In this document: positions 60,269 through 64,000 of the stretch, one piece after another | How the letters are laid out: each line of letters begins with the position of its first letter | How positions within the stretch are numbered: position 1 is the stretch's first letter | Assembly: GCA_963790025.1 (NCBI GenBank) | Contig: CAWBMP010000003.1 | Span: forward strand, 64,001-128,000 | Reading direction: 5' to 3' | DNA length: 64,000 nucleotides | DNA from: Nitrospirota bacterium | Lineage (GTDB): Bacteria; Nitrospirota; Thermodesulfovibrionia; Thermodesulfovibrionales; Dissulfurispiraceae | The notes under the pieces: model-generated | The model's input: the letters and a program-made list of their open reading frames with translations, nothing else | What the model was told of the DNA's origin: nothing | Databases searched by the model: none | Made by a program: the position numbers and the translations under genes

Positions 60269-60575
60269 TGCGTGCGTATTTCATCGCTTGAAGACACCGA
60301 TTACTAAACATTGCGTACAGTTGTTGATTCGCTCCCTCAGTCAAGTCTAATTTTATTAAAAGCGCCACTTTAATAAAGCTTACGATAGGTTTTCTGATGA
60401 CGGACGCAAGCTGTTTCGAGACCGATAATAATCAAATATGTTGATAATCCGGCTGTCCGGTAATGTTCCAATATGTAAACCGCCGGTCATTCTATTGTTA
60501 AGCTTTTTTACTCTTGCATATTGGCCTATATATCTTCAGACAAGGCTGCTGGCTGCAAAGAACTACTCCACAAAC

Positions 60576-60627
60576 TTGACAAAAAAATAAAATAATGATA
60601 TTTTGCTAATTAGGAGTGATTCCTAAT
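60576..60627 (+). promoter_or_regulatory. Promoter and Fur/PerR-type operator
   Basis: TTGACA at 60576; palindrome ATTAGGA-GTGAT-TCCTAAT (60609-60627) over the RBS. Confidence 0.65.
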
Positions 60628-63347
<2,720 letters not shown>

Positions 63348-63393
63348 CATAAACGTCTTCGAGTTCTGACAGAGGGCAACAAAAGAACGGTCA

Positions 63394-63447
63394 GCTAACA
63401 AGCGGTTCAGCGGCGGCTTATCGCCGCCGCTGAACCGGAAGTATCAG
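63394..63447 (+). repeat. Perfect 15-bp hairpin with an attC-like left end
   Basis: GCTAACAAG-CGGTTCAGCGGCGGC-TTATC-GCCGCCGCTGAACCG. Confidence 0.45.
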
Positions 63448-63537
63448 TAAGCTCTTCAGTGAAACTCAGGTGCAAATCACAGGAGTTTCACTGAGTGGTG
63501 ACAGAGAGTCATCATTGATTCCACTTAGAGGAATTTT

Positions 63538-64000
63538 ATGCGTATGCGTTTGAAGGAACGCCGCATGGAGGCCCCCGATGCGATGTCTTTCATTTTCGAT
63601 TTGGGCGGTCAAGAGCTCAATTATGCTCCAGGGCAACATCTGACATATGAATTGGACGTTCTTGCATTCCCTGATGAGCGCGGCAAGAGCAGGCATTTTT
63701 CTATTTCAAGCTCACCCACTGAAAAAGGGATTATAATGTTCACGACCAGAATGCGTGGAAGTGGATTTAAAGAGACGTTACGTCAAGCCCCGATAGGATA
63801 TGAAATTACCTGTGAAGCACCCGAGGGTGAATTTGTCATGAAGCAGCACGAAGCATGCCTCCGCCACGTTTTCATTGCCGGAGGAATAGGCATTACGCCG
63901 TTCAGGTCGATTCTTCGTTGGGGGGCTGACTTGAATAAGCCCTTAAACGTACTTCTGATGTATTTTAATCACTCTCTCCCTGATATAATCTTCCATCGAG
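63538..64000 (+). CDS. FAD/NAD(P)-binding ferredoxin-reductase-type oxidoreductase, 3'-partial (not in the ORF track)
   Basis: GAGG RBS; YAPGQH, RHFSISSSP, GSGFK, FIAGGIGITPFRS; open to the window end. Confidence 0.88.
   Translation, partial: MRMRLKERRMEAPDAMSFIFDLGGQELNYAPGQHLTYELDVLAFPDERGKSRHFSISSSPTEKGIIMFTTRMRGSGFKETLRQAPIGYEITCEAPEGEFVMKQHEACLRHVFIAGGIGITPFRSILRWGADLNKPLNVLLMYFNHSLPDIIFHR

Overview
Bacterial chromosomal window. Gene content and protein style suggest an anaerobic Gram-negative organism such as Nitrospirota (Thermodesulfovibrionia-like) or a deltaproteobacterium; this is inference only. The left half (1-31.6 kb) is a mosaic, partly decayed metal-handling region. It holds a Zn/Mn ABC transporter, a cobalamin riboswitch with a truncated cbiM operon, a TonB-dependent receptor with ExbBD/TonB, and a MauG/MbnH-type di-heme protein with tandem-YtkA and His/Met-rich partners. 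It also holds a TlpA-NosL-ABC operon, a NosL/beta-barrel fusion, a DEAD-box helicase, and a CusCBA efflux operon with a two-component system. The most striking signal is a pair of paralogous, equal-length (95 aa), apparently leaderless small ORFs. Each has a signal-like N-terminus, a conserved Cys and a C-terminal K[DE]RPPE motif, and each lies about 218 nt upstream of an exported metalloprotein gene; they are candidate metal-sensing ribosome-arrest leader peptides. The right half is mostly housekeeping: yacG, dapB, ilvBN, a PyrR-attenuated pyrR-pyrB-pyrC-carA-carB operon, tatAC and uvrA. It ends with a hybrid kinase, a MazF-type toxin-antitoxin pair, a doubly frameshifted perR upstream of katG, and a partial oxidoreductase. 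Several families of short palindromic repeats occur, including copies inserted in the riboswitch and in-frame in a histidine kinase. No rRNA, tRNA or CRISPR array was seen.
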